Source: a virus
IMG/VR virus record: IMGVR_UViG_3300033987_000026
Strand: one strand, 5' to 3'
Length of the DNA: 56,984 bases
The position numbers were made by a program, and so were the translations under genes. Positions 16,979 to 27,289 of this stretch are shown in pieces. Numbering within the stretch: the stretch's first letter is position 1; each line of letters starts with the position of its first letter. The notes under the pieces were generated by a model. The model searched no databases and was not told the origin of the DNA. It was given only the letters and a program-made list of their open reading frames with translations.

Positions 16979-18379
16979 ATGGCTAACAATAATTTCAGGG
17001 AAATCGGCCGCATCGGACAAAAAAGATATGGTGGCTTTTTCTATGAGGAATTCCTGAAAGATCTCCAGGGAAGGAAAGGCGTCGAGGTTTACAAAGAGAT
17101 GAGTGAGAACGACGATGTAATCGGCGCAATCCTTTATGCGATCGAGATGTTAATCAGGCAAGTATCCTGGATGGTTCAACCGGGAGGACCCACAGCAAAG
17201 GATGAGGAAGCTGCAGAGTTCATCTACCAATGTATGGACGATATGCAGGATACCTGGACCGATACCATATCGGAAATCCTTTCATTCCTGACATATGGAT
17301 GGAGCGCTCACGAAATCGTGTATAAGAGGCGCGCCGGCAAGAGTAAGGATCCGCGACTAAACAGCAAATACAGCGATGGTCTCATAGGATGGCGCAAGCT
17401 GCCAATCAGAGCCCAGGAAACCCTCTGGGAATGGATATACGACGATGAGGACAATCTCCTCGGAATGATCCAGATGCCACCGCCAAAGTATGAGCTCATC
17501 ACGATACCGATTGAAAAACTCTTAATCTTCAGAACCAAGAGCAGGAAAGGCAGCCCGGAAGGAAAGAGTATTCTCCGTAACGCATATCGCAGCTGGTACT
17601 TCAAGCGCAGGATCCAAGAGATAGAGGGAATAGGTATCGAAAGAGATCTGGCTGGTTTCCCGGTATTGACAGCTCCGGAAAGAATGAATATCTGGGACGA
17701 GGACGACCCGGAAATGGAAGCAATCAGGATGGCTGCTGACAGGATCGTTCAAAACATAAGGCGAGACAGCATGGAAGGCTTGACATTACCGGCTGGATGG
17801 AAACTGGAACTATTGAGCACAGGAGGACGCCGCCAGTTTGACACTAATGCAATCATTGAAAGATACGACACCAGGATAGCAATGACCGTCCTGGCCGATT
17901 TCATTTTGTTAGGTCACCGGAAGGTGGGTAGCTTTGCATTATCCAGCGACAAGACGGAACTCTTTGCAATGGCCGTCGGAGCTTATCTGGACATTATCTG
18001 CGAGACTTTCAACAACAAAGCAATCCCGGCGCTGATTGATTTAAACGCTCAACACTTCGCAGGTATTACCGATTATCCGACACTGCAGCACGGAGACATT
18101 GAAAGCGCAGACATTCAGGCTCTGGCTTCTTACATCAAGGATATGACTGGCGTCGGTGTGCTGGTACCGGACGACCATCTCGAAGATTACGTGAGAGAAG
18201 TGGCCGGCCTGCCAGAAAGGCTGGATGATGGAACTAACCCAAGGCAGCCAAGACCGGCACGGAACAACAATTCTGATGTGAAGCCAGGCAAAGAGGCAGA
18301 CAACGACAACCTGGGAGATTTGGAGGACGATGAGGAAGCTGTAAAGAAGGCCAAGGAACGACTGGGGAGGTACGATTGA
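16979..18379 (+). CDS. Portal protein (DUF935 / Mu gp29-like)
   Basis: Size, position and YKEMSENDDVIGAILYAIEMLI-type N-terminal region. Followed by the MuF gene. Confidence 0.8.
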   Translation: MANNNFREIGRIGQKRYGGFFYEEFLKDLQGRKGVEVYKEMSENDDVIGAILYAIEMLIRQVSWMVQPGGPTAKDEEAAEFIYQCMDDMQDTWTDTISEILSFLTYGWSAHEIVYKRRAGKSKDPRLNSKYSDGLIGWRKLPIRAQETLWEWIYDDEDNLLGMIQMPPPKYELITIPIEKLLIFRTKSRKGSPEGKSILRNAYRSWYFKRRIQEIEGIGIERDLAGFPVLTAPERMNIWDEDDPEMEAIRMAADRIVQNIRRDSMEGLTLPAGWKLELLSTGGRRQFDTNAIIERYDTRIAMTVLADFILLGHRKVGSFALSSDKTELFAMAVGAYLDIICETFNNKAIPALIDLNAQHFAGITDYPTLQHGDIESADIQALASYIKDMTGVGVLVPDDHLEDYVREVAGLPERLDDGTNPRQPRPARNNNSDVKPGKEADNDNLGDLEDDEEAVKKAKERLGRYD

Positions 18380-21300
18380 TGTTCAGGATCCGGAAATCAA
18401 TACACCTGCACCCGATATACAAGGCAAAAAAGAAAAGCAAAGCAGCACAGGAGGTCCTCGATAAATTAAATGCCTTCCTGGATGCAACGGAGCCCGAACC
18501 GGTGTTTTTCCTCACCAGGCTATGGAAGGACCAGCAGCAGGCCATAACATATAAGGAATTAAGAGAGGCAATTCTCAACGGTTACATCGACGAAAAGACC
18601 ATCCAGGCCTGGCAGAACGACTACGCGAACTTTGTGAACGAGCATCTGAAACCTTTATGGATAGAGGCTATGCAGGCAGCCAATGAAGATTTGATGGCAG
18701 CACATCCGGAATATTTCTTCGACCCAATGAGCCAGGGTGTCCTTAAGTGGATCAACGAACATGGAGCACAATGGGTAACGGTAATAGCGGAGGAGCAGAA
18801 AGAAGCAATATCGGCCATGCTGCAGCATGCATACAGCGGAGCCTTCACCGTTGACGAGCTGGCCAGAGCGATCCGTGCGACGATAGGCCTGAATAAGGTC
18901 CAGGCCAAGGCCAACCTGAACTACTATCAGCATGTGAAGAAAACTCTCCTGGAAAACAACCCAGGCATGAAGGAATCAACGGCCCAGAAAAAAGCCCAGG
19001 AGGCAGCAGCGAAATACGCGGCCAAGCAGCATAGGCAAAGAGCTTTCACTATAGCCACAACTGAAATGGCCTTTGCTTACAACAAGGGAGCTGACGAAGG
19101 CATAAAGCAGGCCCAGGAGCAGAACCTCATAGGCAAGGTGGTGAAAGTTTGGAGCACAGCTGCAGATGAAGGTGTATGCTCTATATGCGGAGCGTTGGAC
19201 GGCGTCGAAGTGGAAATGGGCGCTGATTTTGATTTCAAAGGCAACGAGCTATACAGCGGCCAGAAGGAAACCCCACCGGCGCATCCACGCTGCAGATGCG
19301 CGCTGCTTTATGTAGAGAAGGAACCGCCGAAATATAAGACGGTGCCTGATCAAGAAGTGATCCAGAACTGGAACCCGGAAGATCAGATGCCGACACCGGA
19401 GCCTCCGGACCCAGCAAAACCAGTGATACCGCCGGCGGAGAAAATGCCACCAGGCATGAAATACAAAGGAAAAGCAAACCTCGGAGGAACCGGAGAAATG
19501 CACTTATACGTCGATGAGACCGGCCAGGAATGGCTATTCAAACCGGCACAAAGCAAAGCTGGAAAACCAGAAGCCTTCAGGGCATACGTCCAGGAGGCCG
19601 GATATAAGGTCCAGGCGATAATAGATCCAGACACAGCGGTACCGGTAGGAACTGGAGAACTGGGCGGCAAGTTTGGAGCCTTTCAGAAGAGAATAACCAC
19701 CGTCAACGACAAGATAGACCTGAAGCACTGGCAATACACCAGCGACCAGCTGCCACCGGGAACAGCCGCACAACTACAGAGAGAGCATGTAACCGACTGG
19801 CTACTGGCCAACTTTGACAGCCACGGTGGCAATTTCGTAATGGACGACGCCGGCAGGCTTATAGGAACAGACAAAGAACAGGCCTTCAGGTACATCAAGG
19901 AAATAGGCGCCCAGCAGATGAGCTACACATACCACCCAAACGCAACCTACGGGGAAACAGAGCCGATTTATAATACCTTATTCCGGAGGTTTGCAAAGGG
20001 AGAAATAGATCTGGATCTGCAGGATACATTGACTTACATCAAGAGAGTGGAGGCAATCCCAGATAACCAGTACCGGGAAATATTCAGAGACTATGCCGAA
20101 GCTCTATATGGGAAAGGCAAAGAAGCAGAGGAGCTGCTGGACCTGATCGTCGAGAGAAAAAACCGGTTAAGAGAAGACTACCGTCAATTTTTCAGCGACC
20201 TTCTCACAGAGCGAACCGGTAAAAAACAAGTGTTCGTCTGGGCAGACGAGGCTGCAGAGCATATGAAACAGCCACTAACGGCAGTAACACACAGCCCGGA
20301 AACCCTGCAAAAGATGAACATGGCAGAGCTTAAGCAACTGGCCAAACAAAAGCAGATCCCATACTACAACAATATGAATAAGACCCAGCTGATAACAGCT
20401 ATATCGGACCCGGTAAAAGCACCAGAAATGAGCGCCCAGGTAAGAAATAGGCTGCTGGCCAACGAGGCAGCCAGGAAAGCTGCAGCAAGAACACCAGCAG
20501 CGCAGAAGGCCAAAGAAATCGTATCTGCAGATGAAATATTCAAAGACGCCTCAATCATTCCGGAGAAAAAACTGGGCATTCCGGTCAGGAGCGACAAGGG
20601 CAGCGTTGAAGGCCTCAATTTAACGGCCAGGAGGATGCGCATATTAGACGACGCAAGCGGTACCGAATATGAGGTATACGAAATATCCGGAAAACTCACC
20701 AGGGAAGCATGGTCCAAGACATGGGATAAAATGAAGCCAATAGGAGAAATAGGAGAGCTGGAATTTGAGCTTGCAGACGATGTCAAAAAGCTCTTTGCTT
20801 CCAAGGCGGACCTCGGAGCTTCCATCCGGACCATAAAGGTAACCGACGGAGAAACCACATTCGAGCTTTATATCGATGGCCAGACAAGGAGATACAATGG
20901 ATGGCGTGGTTTTTTCAGATTGAGAACTCCGGTAACCTCAAACGGAGCTGCGGACGCTGCAAATATGAGAAACATGCTGCAGAAGCTGGAGCTTGATGAT
21001 CTTTTATTGAAACCGGACAGCGAGGCAGAAACGATCCTCAAAAAGAGCCGGCTTGTATGGCAACACGCTCCACATCGTATCCAGGAATTAGATGGTTTGA
21101 CGCCAGAGCAAATACCGATTAAACTGGATATGATATTAAAGCAAGAAGGAATAGACCCGAAGCGTATAAATAACATGAAGCTGGTTAAAGTCTTCGAAGG
21201 CTATTCAACTTATGTCGAAGAGGGCATCGTGGAAACATACAAGAAGGCAGGCCTGAAATATGTCTGGACCGGAGTTCCGGACGGAGACGACATCGTGAAG

Positions 21301-21798
21301 ATCATCCAAAGCCCTGGCCTGATGTCAAATAACAACCGTTTCAGGGCAGGATTGAGGCGCACAGGAGCAAGTCCGGTAGAAGACTTCCGGACCGGCGGCA
21401 GCGATAATGTATTCACCAGGATAGGCGTCAAGAATAAGAACAACCCAAGATTTGACGACTGCTACCGAGGGAACCGATATCGCATTCTTATTGATCCAAA
21501 AGTCATGGAGAGAACCGACTGGTATGCATATGAAGGAGACTCGTTCGGAAGCTCGGATCCGTCGGCACTGGCCGGCAGGCTTTCGCCGGTGGAATTTATT
21601 CAGAGAATGGCCACAAGCTACCGGTACGGGAACGAAATCATGTTCAGGCACGGAATAGCTAAGGAGACATTCATCGGGATATCATGCCAGAGCAACGCGC
21701 TCCGAGCAGAGCTCCTGGAGAAGTTCAAACAGGCGCATATTACTGCAGTAAACGGGATACCGATAGAAGATTTTGTAAAGGTGGGATCTACGATATGA
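18376..21798 (+). CDS. MuF/SPP1 gp7-like head morphogenesis domain fused to a large multi-domain extension (polyvalent virion protein)
   Basis: MuF motif KVWSTAADEGVCSICG...PPAHPRCRCAL (aa 256-310). Pro-rich linker. Kinase-like LFKP...DSHGGNF...GTDKE (aa 361-580). SAP/Rho_N-like aa 646-678. Unassigned C-terminal ~440 aa. Confidence 0.85.
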   Translation: MMFRIRKSIHLHPIYKAKKKSKAAQEVLDKLNAFLDATEPEPVFFLTRLWKDQQQAITYKELREAILNGYIDEKTIQAWQNDYANFVNEHLKPLWIEAMQAANEDLMAAHPEYFFDPMSQGVLKWINEHGAQWVTVIAEEQKEAISAMLQHAYSGAFTVDELARAIRATIGLNKVQAKANLNYYQHVKKTLLENNPGMKESTAQKKAQEAAAKYAAKQHRQRAFTIATTEMAFAYNKGADEGIKQAQEQNLIGKVVKVWSTAADEGVCSICGALDGVEVEMGADFDFKGNELYSGQKETPPAHPRCRCALLYVEKEPPKYKTVPDQEVIQNWNPEDQMPTPEPPDPAKPVIPPAEKMPPGMKYKGKANLGGTGEMHLYVDETGQEWLFKPAQSKAGKPEAFRAYVQEAGYKVQAIIDPDTAVPVGTGELGGKFGAFQKRITTVNDKIDLKHWQYTSDQLPPGTAAQLQREHVTDWLLANFDSHGGNFVMDDAGRLIGTDKEQAFRYIKEIGAQQMSYTYHPNATYGETEPIYNTLFRRFAKGEIDLDLQDTLTYIKRVEAIPDNQYREIFRDYAEALYGKGKEAEELLDLIVERKNRLREDYRQFFSDLLTERTGKKQVFVWADEAAEHMKQPLTAVTHSPETLQKMNMAELKQLAKQKQIPYYNNMNKTQLITAISDPVKAPEMSAQVRNRLLANEAARKAAARTPAAQKAKEIVSADEIFKDASIIPEKKLGIPVRSDKGSVEGLNLTARRMRILDDASGTEYEVYEISGKLTREAWSKTWDKMKPIGEIGELEFELADDVKKLFASKADLGASIRTIKVTDGETTFELYIDGQTRRYNGWRGFFRLRTPVTSNGAADAANMRNMLQKLELDDLLLKPDSEAETILKKSRLVWQHAPHRIQELDGLTPEQIPIKLDMILKQEGIDPKRINNMKLVKVFEGYSTYVEEGIVETYKKAGLKYVWTGVPDGDDIVKIIQSPGLMSNNNRFRAGLRRTGASPVEDFRTGGSDNVFTRIGVKNKNNPRFDDCYRGNRYRILIDPKVMERTDWYAYEGDSFGSSDPSALAGRLSPVEFIQRMATSYRYGNEIMFRHGIAKETFIGISCQSNALRAELLEKFKQAHITAVNGIPIEDFVKVGSTI

Positions 21799-22130
21799 TA
21801 GACCAAAGAGCTGTATACGTCTTCAAGCCACCGGGAGAAAGAGATTTCACCGGGATAGCGCTGGATGTTCACATTCACAAAGAGGCCCTCCGGTTCTTTG
21901 ACACCAACAGAGGACACGAGCTGCCAGGCAAAGTAACCCAGGAGACAGACAATGGATTTACATTCACATCAACGGGAATCATCCAGGGAGAATGGCAGTT
22001 CAAAGTTCTGGGAATTGGAGAGTTTAAGCGGAAATATTTCAAACTGGTCGAAGGCGGGCAAGCGCTGGCGGCCAAGCTACAAACCACAGAGGACCTCCAC
22101 CAATGGTATCGGAGGGAGTTCAAGATTTAA
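21795..22130 (+). CDS. Hypothetical protein translationally coupled to the MuF-fusion gene (candidate immunity/partner)
   Basis: ATGA start/stop overlap at 21795-21798. 111 aa with no recognised motif. Confidence 0.6.
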   Translation: MIDQRAVYVFKPPGERDFTGIALDVHIHKEALRFFDTNRGHELPGKVTQETDNGFTFTSTGIIQGEWQFKVLGIGEFKRKYFKLVEGGQALAAKLQTTEDLHQWYRREFKI

Positions 22131-22179
22131 GACGGGGAAAAGGACCTCGTCTTTTTGCTTTGAAAGGAGGTAGATAACA

Positions 22180-22665
22180 ATGGCCAAGTTCAGCGACCTG
22201 GTGAGCATCAAGAAGGACCAACAGAAACCGGCCACACCGGCGAAATCTACATCAGGAGTGATAAAAGGTCGCTTCAAGATCCAGAAATCAGACGACGACA
22301 AAATGCTGGCCTTTGGCTGGGCCAATGTAGCGGTTACAGCCGGCGGCCAACAGATAGAGGACTACCACGAGGACATGATAGACCCGGAAGAGCTGGAGCA
22401 GGCTGCATACAAGTTCGTGGAGCTTTACCGGGAAGGCGGAGAGCAGCACGAGCGCGGAGGAGTGGCCGTGCTCATTGAAAGCATGGTATTCACCAAGGAA
22501 AAAATGAAGCTCCTGAACATTCCGGAAGGGACGCTGCCTGAAGGCTGGTGGATAGGCTTCAAGGTATTAGACCCGGACGTCTGGGAAAAGGTCAAGGATG
22601 GCACATATCCGATGTTCAGCATTGAAGGAGAGGCCATCCGGGAGGAAATCACCGAAGAGGAATAA
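22180..22665 (+). CDS. XkdF-like phage prohead serine protease (putative)
   Basis: FGWANVAV...EDYHEDMIDPEELEQAAYKF pattern resembling the XkdF family. Position upstream of scaffold and capsid. Confidence 0.6.
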   Translation: MAKFSDLVSIKKDQQKPATPAKSTSGVIKGRFKIQKSDDDKMLAFGWANVAVTAGGQQIEDYHEDMIDPEELEQAAYKFVELYREGGEQHERGGVAVLIESMVFTKEKMKLLNIPEGTLPEGWWIGFKVLDPDVWEKVKDGTYPMFSIEGEAIREEITEEE

Positions 22666-22682
22666 CAGAATAACGGCAAATC

Positions 22683-22715
22683 AAAAAACGACGAGCAATC
22701 GTCGTTTTTTGTTTT
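22683..22715 (+). terminator. Rho-independent terminator
   Basis: CGACGA-GCAA-TCGTCG stem-loop flanked by an A-run and TTTTTTGTTTT. Confidence 0.7.
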
Positions 22716-22752
22716 ATATAAATTAAGCCGGGAAAGGAGGAGAGACGCGGAA

Positions 22753-24027
22753 ATGGCATTCAAACTGAAAGACCTGAAAATCACCAAGGTGGATTTTGTA
22801 GAGGCCGGAGCAAACCCAGAGGCAAACATCCTGCTGTTTAAGAGCAAGAACGGAGCTCCGGGAGCAAAATCTTCTGAACCCCCTGCAGCGAAAGGAGGTG
22901 AGAAAAGCGAGAGCCCAGTCAAGAAGTTTTTCTCTGCTATAGCAAAAGCTCTGGGCATAGCCGAAGACGAGCATGTAGGCGAAGCAATCGAGCAGATAGC
23001 CAAAGGTTACGAAGCTGCCACATTCGGAGAAAAGATGGACGAGCAGAAGCGCAGGAGAGTAACCAGCGAAATATGGGACGTTTGCTACGCTTTGGAGGAA
23101 AGCCTGTGTTCCATTATCTGCGACGATGAAGTGCCGGAAGAGGACAAACCCGGCATGATGGAGCAGAGCCTGAACGAGTTCGCGGAGGCTGTGAAAGAGC
23201 TTATTCCTACATGGGCGCAGGGAAAAACCACAAACAAAATCGCCAAGAACGAGCAACCCATCACACCCGCAAGGCTTGAATTAGCCAAAGCTGCAAAGGA
23301 AAAGCTGGAGGCTATTATAGCCAAAGGGAAAAAGTATCCGGACACAGATCCGGAGACAGATCCAGAAGACACGTCCGTTCAGGACGGATGCAAGAAACCA
23401 AAAACAAAAAAATCGAAAGGAGACATGGAGGATATGAAAATCGACAAGAGCAAACTGACACCTGAAGAGCTCGCGATGCTCGAGGCCATCGAAAAGAAGG
23501 CCGGCATTCAGGACGAGCCCGCAAATGATCCTAATCCCGACGCACCTGCAGCAACCGATGTAAACAAGAGTGCAGGCCAGGCCGGAGACAACCAGAACAC
23601 CGGAGAAGAGGAAGATATCTACAAGGGACTTCATCCTGCAGTAAAGGCAGAGCTTGAAAGACTTCGCAAGGCAGCAGACCAGGCGGAGGAAAAAGAGCTA
23701 ACCGAGATTGCAAAGAAGTATGAGATCATCGGCAAAAAGCCCGAGGAGCTGGTACCTCTCTTTAAGAGCTTAAAAAAAGCCGGCGGCAACGCTTATGAAC
23801 AGATGATCGCCATACTCGACGCCAGCGTGGAGGCTGTAGAGAAGTCCGGAGTTTTCTCCGAGATAGGCAAAAAAGGCGGCACTGGCACCGTTGACGCATG
23901 GGCGACCATTGAAAAGCACGCCGACGAGATCCAGAAATCTATGCCTAACTTGACGAGAGCTCAAGCAATCGACAAGGCATGCCAATTGCATCCCGAACTC
24001 GTACATGAGTACGAGAAAAATAGATAA
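22753..24027 (+). CDS. Scaffolding-like protein (acidic, helical)
   Basis: Charged/coiled-coil composition. Position between protease and capsid genes. Confidence 0.55.
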   Translation: MAFKLKDLKITKVDFVEAGANPEANILLFKSKNGAPGAKSSEPPAAKGGEKSESPVKKFFSAIAKALGIAEDEHVGEAIEQIAKGYEAATFGEKMDEQKRRRVTSEIWDVCYALEESLCSIICDDEVPEEDKPGMMEQSLNEFAEAVKELIPTWAQGKTTNKIAKNEQPITPARLELAKAAKEKLEAIIAKGKKYPDTDPETDPEDTSVQDGCKKPKTKKSKGDMEDMKIDKSKLTPEELAMLEAIEKKAGIQDEPANDPNPDAPAATDVNKSAGQAGDNQNTGEEEDIYKGLHPAVKAELERLRKAADQAEEKELTEIAKKYEIIGKKPEELVPLFKSLKKAGGNAYEQMIAILDASVEAVEKSGVFSEIGKKGGTGTVDAWATIEKHADEIQKSMPNLTRAQAIDKACQLHPELVHEYEKNR

Positions 24028-24033
24028 GGAGGA

Positions 24034-24432
24034 ATGAACATGTTTATCAGCACAGGAATTAATGATAGCCCGGTAATCACCGGGAAAGCAACTGCAGCCA
24101 TTGAAAATGGCGCTTTTCTTGCTGCCAAGTTTGACGCAAACGGAGGCATTGTTCTTGCCGGTGCAGGCGAGAATGCACTCGGCCTTTTGATTGCTACCAC
24201 TCCGGAAAATGTGGCAGCTGGCGAAGACGTAACCGTCCAGATTAAGGACATCGGCCTCTGGAGAACCGGAGGCGCCGTAGCCGCAGGCGCAGAGCTCACT
24301 TCTGACGCCAACGGAGCGGCCGTAACAGCTGCAGTGGGAAATTATGTGACAGCAATCGCACTCGAAGCTGCAGCAGCTGCCGGCCAGGTGATCAAAGTAC
24401 AAATCGTAAAGTCAGGCAAAGTGCCGGCTTAA
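24034..24432 (+). CDS. DUF2190-like head decoration/cement protein
   Basis: Gly/Ala-rich beta-type sequence typical of the family. Immediately upstream of the major capsid gene. Confidence 0.6.
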   Translation: MNMFISTGINDSPVITGKATAAIENGAFLAAKFDANGGIVLAGAGENALGLLIATTPENVAAGEDVTVQIKDIGLWRTGGAVAAGAELTSDANGAAVTAAVGNYVTAIALEAAAAAGQVIKVQIVKSGKVPA

Positions 24433-24458
24433 AACAATATGAAAGGAGATAACAGTCA

Positions 24459-25478
24459 ATGAAAGGAACAAGCATATCTAACATTCAGGTACAGATCGCA
24501 AAAGGCTGGAGGCCCAATAACTACCTGACAAACATGTCCATGGCCTTCTTCCAGGAGGAAGGAGACTTTGTGGCACCCTCAATTTTCCCGATTTGTCCTG
24601 TGGCATTGAGCTCCAGCTATTACTACACATTCAGCAAGGCTGACCTTGCGAGAGACAACGTGCAGAGAAAACCCGCATTCGGAAAGGTTCAGCCTGCACT
24701 GATGGGCCAGACAGACAACACCTACAAGTGCGAAGTGGACCAGGTAATCGTAGGTATCGACCAGATCGACGCTTTGAACTACCAGAGAGCAAAGGCTCCC
24801 GGCGTGGCAGATCCGAGAAGAGCAAAAGTAAGATTTGTCACCGAGCAGCTGAAGCTCCACCTGGACCTTCTCTTTGCACAGAACTTTTTCAATGCTGCAG
24901 CATGGCAGAATGTATGGACTGGCGTAGCAGCTAACCCCGGCGCGAACCAGTTCCTGAAATTCACCGATGCCAACTTCGACCCTGTAAACTTCTTTGATGC
25001 CAGAATCAAAGACATCAAACAGTCCGGACGCAGAAAACCCAACAGGCTGGCCCTTGGCGTTGACGCATACAACGCATTAAAGAACCATCCTGACATCGTC
25101 GAAAGGGTAAAATACACCGGCAGCACCGCCAACCCTGCAATCGTCACACCTCAAGCTCTGGCTGCAATCCTGCAGATCGAGGAAGTAAAGGTTCTCGAAA
25201 GCACCTACAACAGAGGCGGCATCGGCCAGGAAGACATGCAGTTTGTATGCGCAACCGACGGCGCACTTCTCTGCTACGCAACCGACAATCCTTCCATCGA
25301 CGAGCCCAGCGCAGGCTATATCTTCACATGGGATATGCTCGGCAATGGTCAGTACATCGCAATTGACCAGTACGAAGGAGAAAAAGGCACGCATGCAGAG
25401 TTCATCGAAGGTTTGATGGCCACAGACATGAAGAAGACCTGCGACGATCTGGCAATCTACTTCGACCAGTGCGTATAA
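24459..25478 (+). CDS. Major capsid protein (capsid E-like, HK97 fold)
   Basis: Size, position and composition; family call from memory only. Confidence 0.75.
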   Translation: MKGTSISNIQVQIAKGWRPNNYLTNMSMAFFQEEGDFVAPSIFPICPVALSSSYYYTFSKADLARDNVQRKPAFGKVQPALMGQTDNTYKCEVDQVIVGIDQIDALNYQRAKAPGVADPRRAKVRFVTEQLKLHLDLLFAQNFFNAAAWQNVWTGVAANPGANQFLKFTDANFDPVNFFDARIKDIKQSGRRKPNRLALGVDAYNALKNHPDIVERVKYTGSTANPAIVTPQALAAILQIEEVKVLESTYNRGGIGQEDMQFVCATDGALLCYATDNPSIDEPSAGYIFTWDMLGNGQYIAIDQYEGEKGTHAEFIEGLMATDMKKTCDDLAIYFDQCV

Positions 25479-25495
25479 GAGAAGGAGGGGCACCG

Positions 25496-26038
25496 ATGAA
25501 CGGTAACAGTTACGGTTACATTTGCAAAAAAGCGTGTGTACTTGGAGGCGTCGCCTATTCCGAAGGCGACGCTATCCCTGCTGATGCCGTTCTTCCGAGC
25601 CGCGAAAAGGTCTTAATCAAGCAAGGGCTTATAGTTCCGGCCGTAAATGTTGACGTGCTACTGGAGGAAAACAAATTTTTAAGAGCGAAGGTAGCCGAGC
25701 TTCAAAAGACTGCCGGAGAAGCCACAGAATCGCCCAGAAACGACGAAAAGGAACCGGGGAATATAATCATACCTATAACGGCAAAAGGCGGCCTAATTGA
25801 GCTCGAAATGAAGCCAGAGGACATAATAAAAGCCATTGCTACCCTGCAGCTTAATGCAGAGGAGGCTGCCAAGGCGGTGGGCGAAATCGACAAAGAGGAA
25901 ATCCTTATACTGATTGATGCGCTTGACTACAGGAAAACGGTCAAGACAGCAATCCTGGAAAGGGTAGAGCAAATGGAGACCGGCGGAGAGGAAGAGCAGG
26001 GCAACACAGAGGAGAATAAGGGTCAGGGTGATGCATAA
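25496..26038 (+). CDS. Hypothetical head-associated protein
   Basis: GAAGGAGGGG RBS before ATG 25496. Acidic C-terminus. Confidence 0.55.
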   Translation: MNGNSYGYICKKACVLGGVAYSEGDAIPADAVLPSREKVLIKQGLIVPAVNVDVLLEENKFLRAKVAELQKTAGEATESPRNDEKEPGNIIIPITAKGGLIELEMKPEDIIKAIATLQLNAEEAAKAVGEIDKEEILILIDALDYRKTVKTAILERVEQMETGGEEEQGNTEENKGQGDA

Positions 26039-26481
26039 TGGCAGAGAGAAGCTACACCTATGACCCAACGAAGATCAAGGAAAAAGGCAAAGACAGGATG
26101 CGTTTTGAGCTTGGCGACACCATGGTAGAGGGAGGAGCCGAAACGGCAGCACTTTCCGACGAGGAAATCAATGCTGTTTTGGAGATGTACCCGAACAAAT
26201 GGAAAAAAGCCAAGCTGGCGCTCGTTGAAAGCATATGCCGGCGATTTTCCTATGAGGTAGACACCGACGTCGGACCTCTTTCCCTGGGCCTACAGGCCCG
26301 CGTAGAAGTATGGCGAGAGATGTACAAGGAGCTAAAGGCCGAATTAAATTATTCCGTGCCGAGCGCAAATCCGGCCGCGATAAGCGGCGACGCATACTTT
26401 TACAAAGGAATGATGGATAACCCGGCAGCAGGACGAAAGGAAGGTGGGGGATATGTACCTCAGGCCAGGGAACCTGTATAA
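26038..26481 (+). CDS. Putative head-tail connector protein
   Basis: ATAATG start/stop junction. Position in the connector block. Confidence 0.5.
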   Translation: MAERSYTYDPTKIKEKGKDRMRFELGDTMVEGGAETAALSDEEINAVLEMYPNKWKKAKLALVESICRRFSYEVDTDVGPLSLGLQARVEVWREMYKELKAELNYSVPSANPAAISGDAYFYKGMMDNPAAGRKEGGGYVPQAREPV

Positions 26482-26800
26482 AGACTTTACCGTAGAGAAA
26501 AAAGACAGAACCGTGAGCTCACGCGGGAGAGCAAAGAGCGGATACAGCGACGATGGAGTGACAATAAGAGGCATCCTGGCCGAGGCTAAACCCCAGGAAA
26601 AGGAGCGATGGCGGCAGCTCCAGCATCCCATAAGTCACACGATAGTCCAAAGAGGAAAGCCCAAGGCGGATCCGGAAGACCGCCTGATTTTTGGAGACAG
26701 AATATTCTTCGTCCAGGGAGTAGATGAACCGGGCGCCTTGGGACTTTGGACCATTTACTACGTGGAGGAACGCTTCGATGGCTATGAATATCAAGATTAA
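26453..26800 (+). CDS. Putative head closure / head-tail adaptor protein
   Basis: Size and position. Start 26453 or GTG 26444. Confidence 0.5.
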   Translation: MYLRPGNLYKDFTVEKKDRTVSSRGRAKSGYSDDGVTIRGILAEAKPQEKERWRQLQHPISHTIVQRGKPKADPEDRLIFGDRIFFVQGVDEPGALGLWTIYYVEERFDGYEYQD

Positions 26801-27269
26801 ACCGGAGATAGACAAAATAGTGGACCAGATAAACCACGAAGCTAAATCCAGAGCTTTCAGGGCCGCCAATGAGCTCCGAAATGCAGCGCTCAATGTCCTG
26901 CGTGGCCAAAGGTCCGGCCGCGTTTATAAAAGGCCTTTTTCAAGCAGCAAATATACAGCTTCAGCGCCAGGGGAACCACCTGCAGCAAGGACCGGAAACC
27001 TGCGCTTGAGCTGGAAACCAAGGACAGGATCCGAAATAGCAGGCAGCAGCCTGACGGTAAGGCCTGCAATTGTCACGGACGTGAAATATGCACCAATCCT
27101 CGAAAAGGGATACGACGGCGAGGTCCAAAAGACCATGAAGCTGAAAAAAGGTGGTACCAAAACGATAAACTACCACCTGACTATTGAACCGCGTCCATTC
27201 GAGGAACCGATAATCGAGGCTGCAAAGCCGAAGATTAAGCAAATCTACAGCGAGCCATATCTCAAATAA
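26778..27269 (+). CDS. HK97 gp10-like protein
   Basis: ASAPGEPPAARTGNLRLSW motif typical of the HK97 gp10 family. Confidence 0.7.
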   Translation: MAMNIKIKPEIDKIVDQINHEAKSRAFRAANELRNAALNVLRGQRSGRVYKRPFSSSKYTASAPGEPPAARTGNLRLSWKPRTGSEIAGSSLTVRPAIVTDVKYAPILEKGYDGEVQKTMKLKKGGTKTINYHLTIEPRPFEEPIIEAAKPKIKQIYSEPYLK

Positions 27270-27289
27270 TTCAGGGAAGGAGGGAAGCC

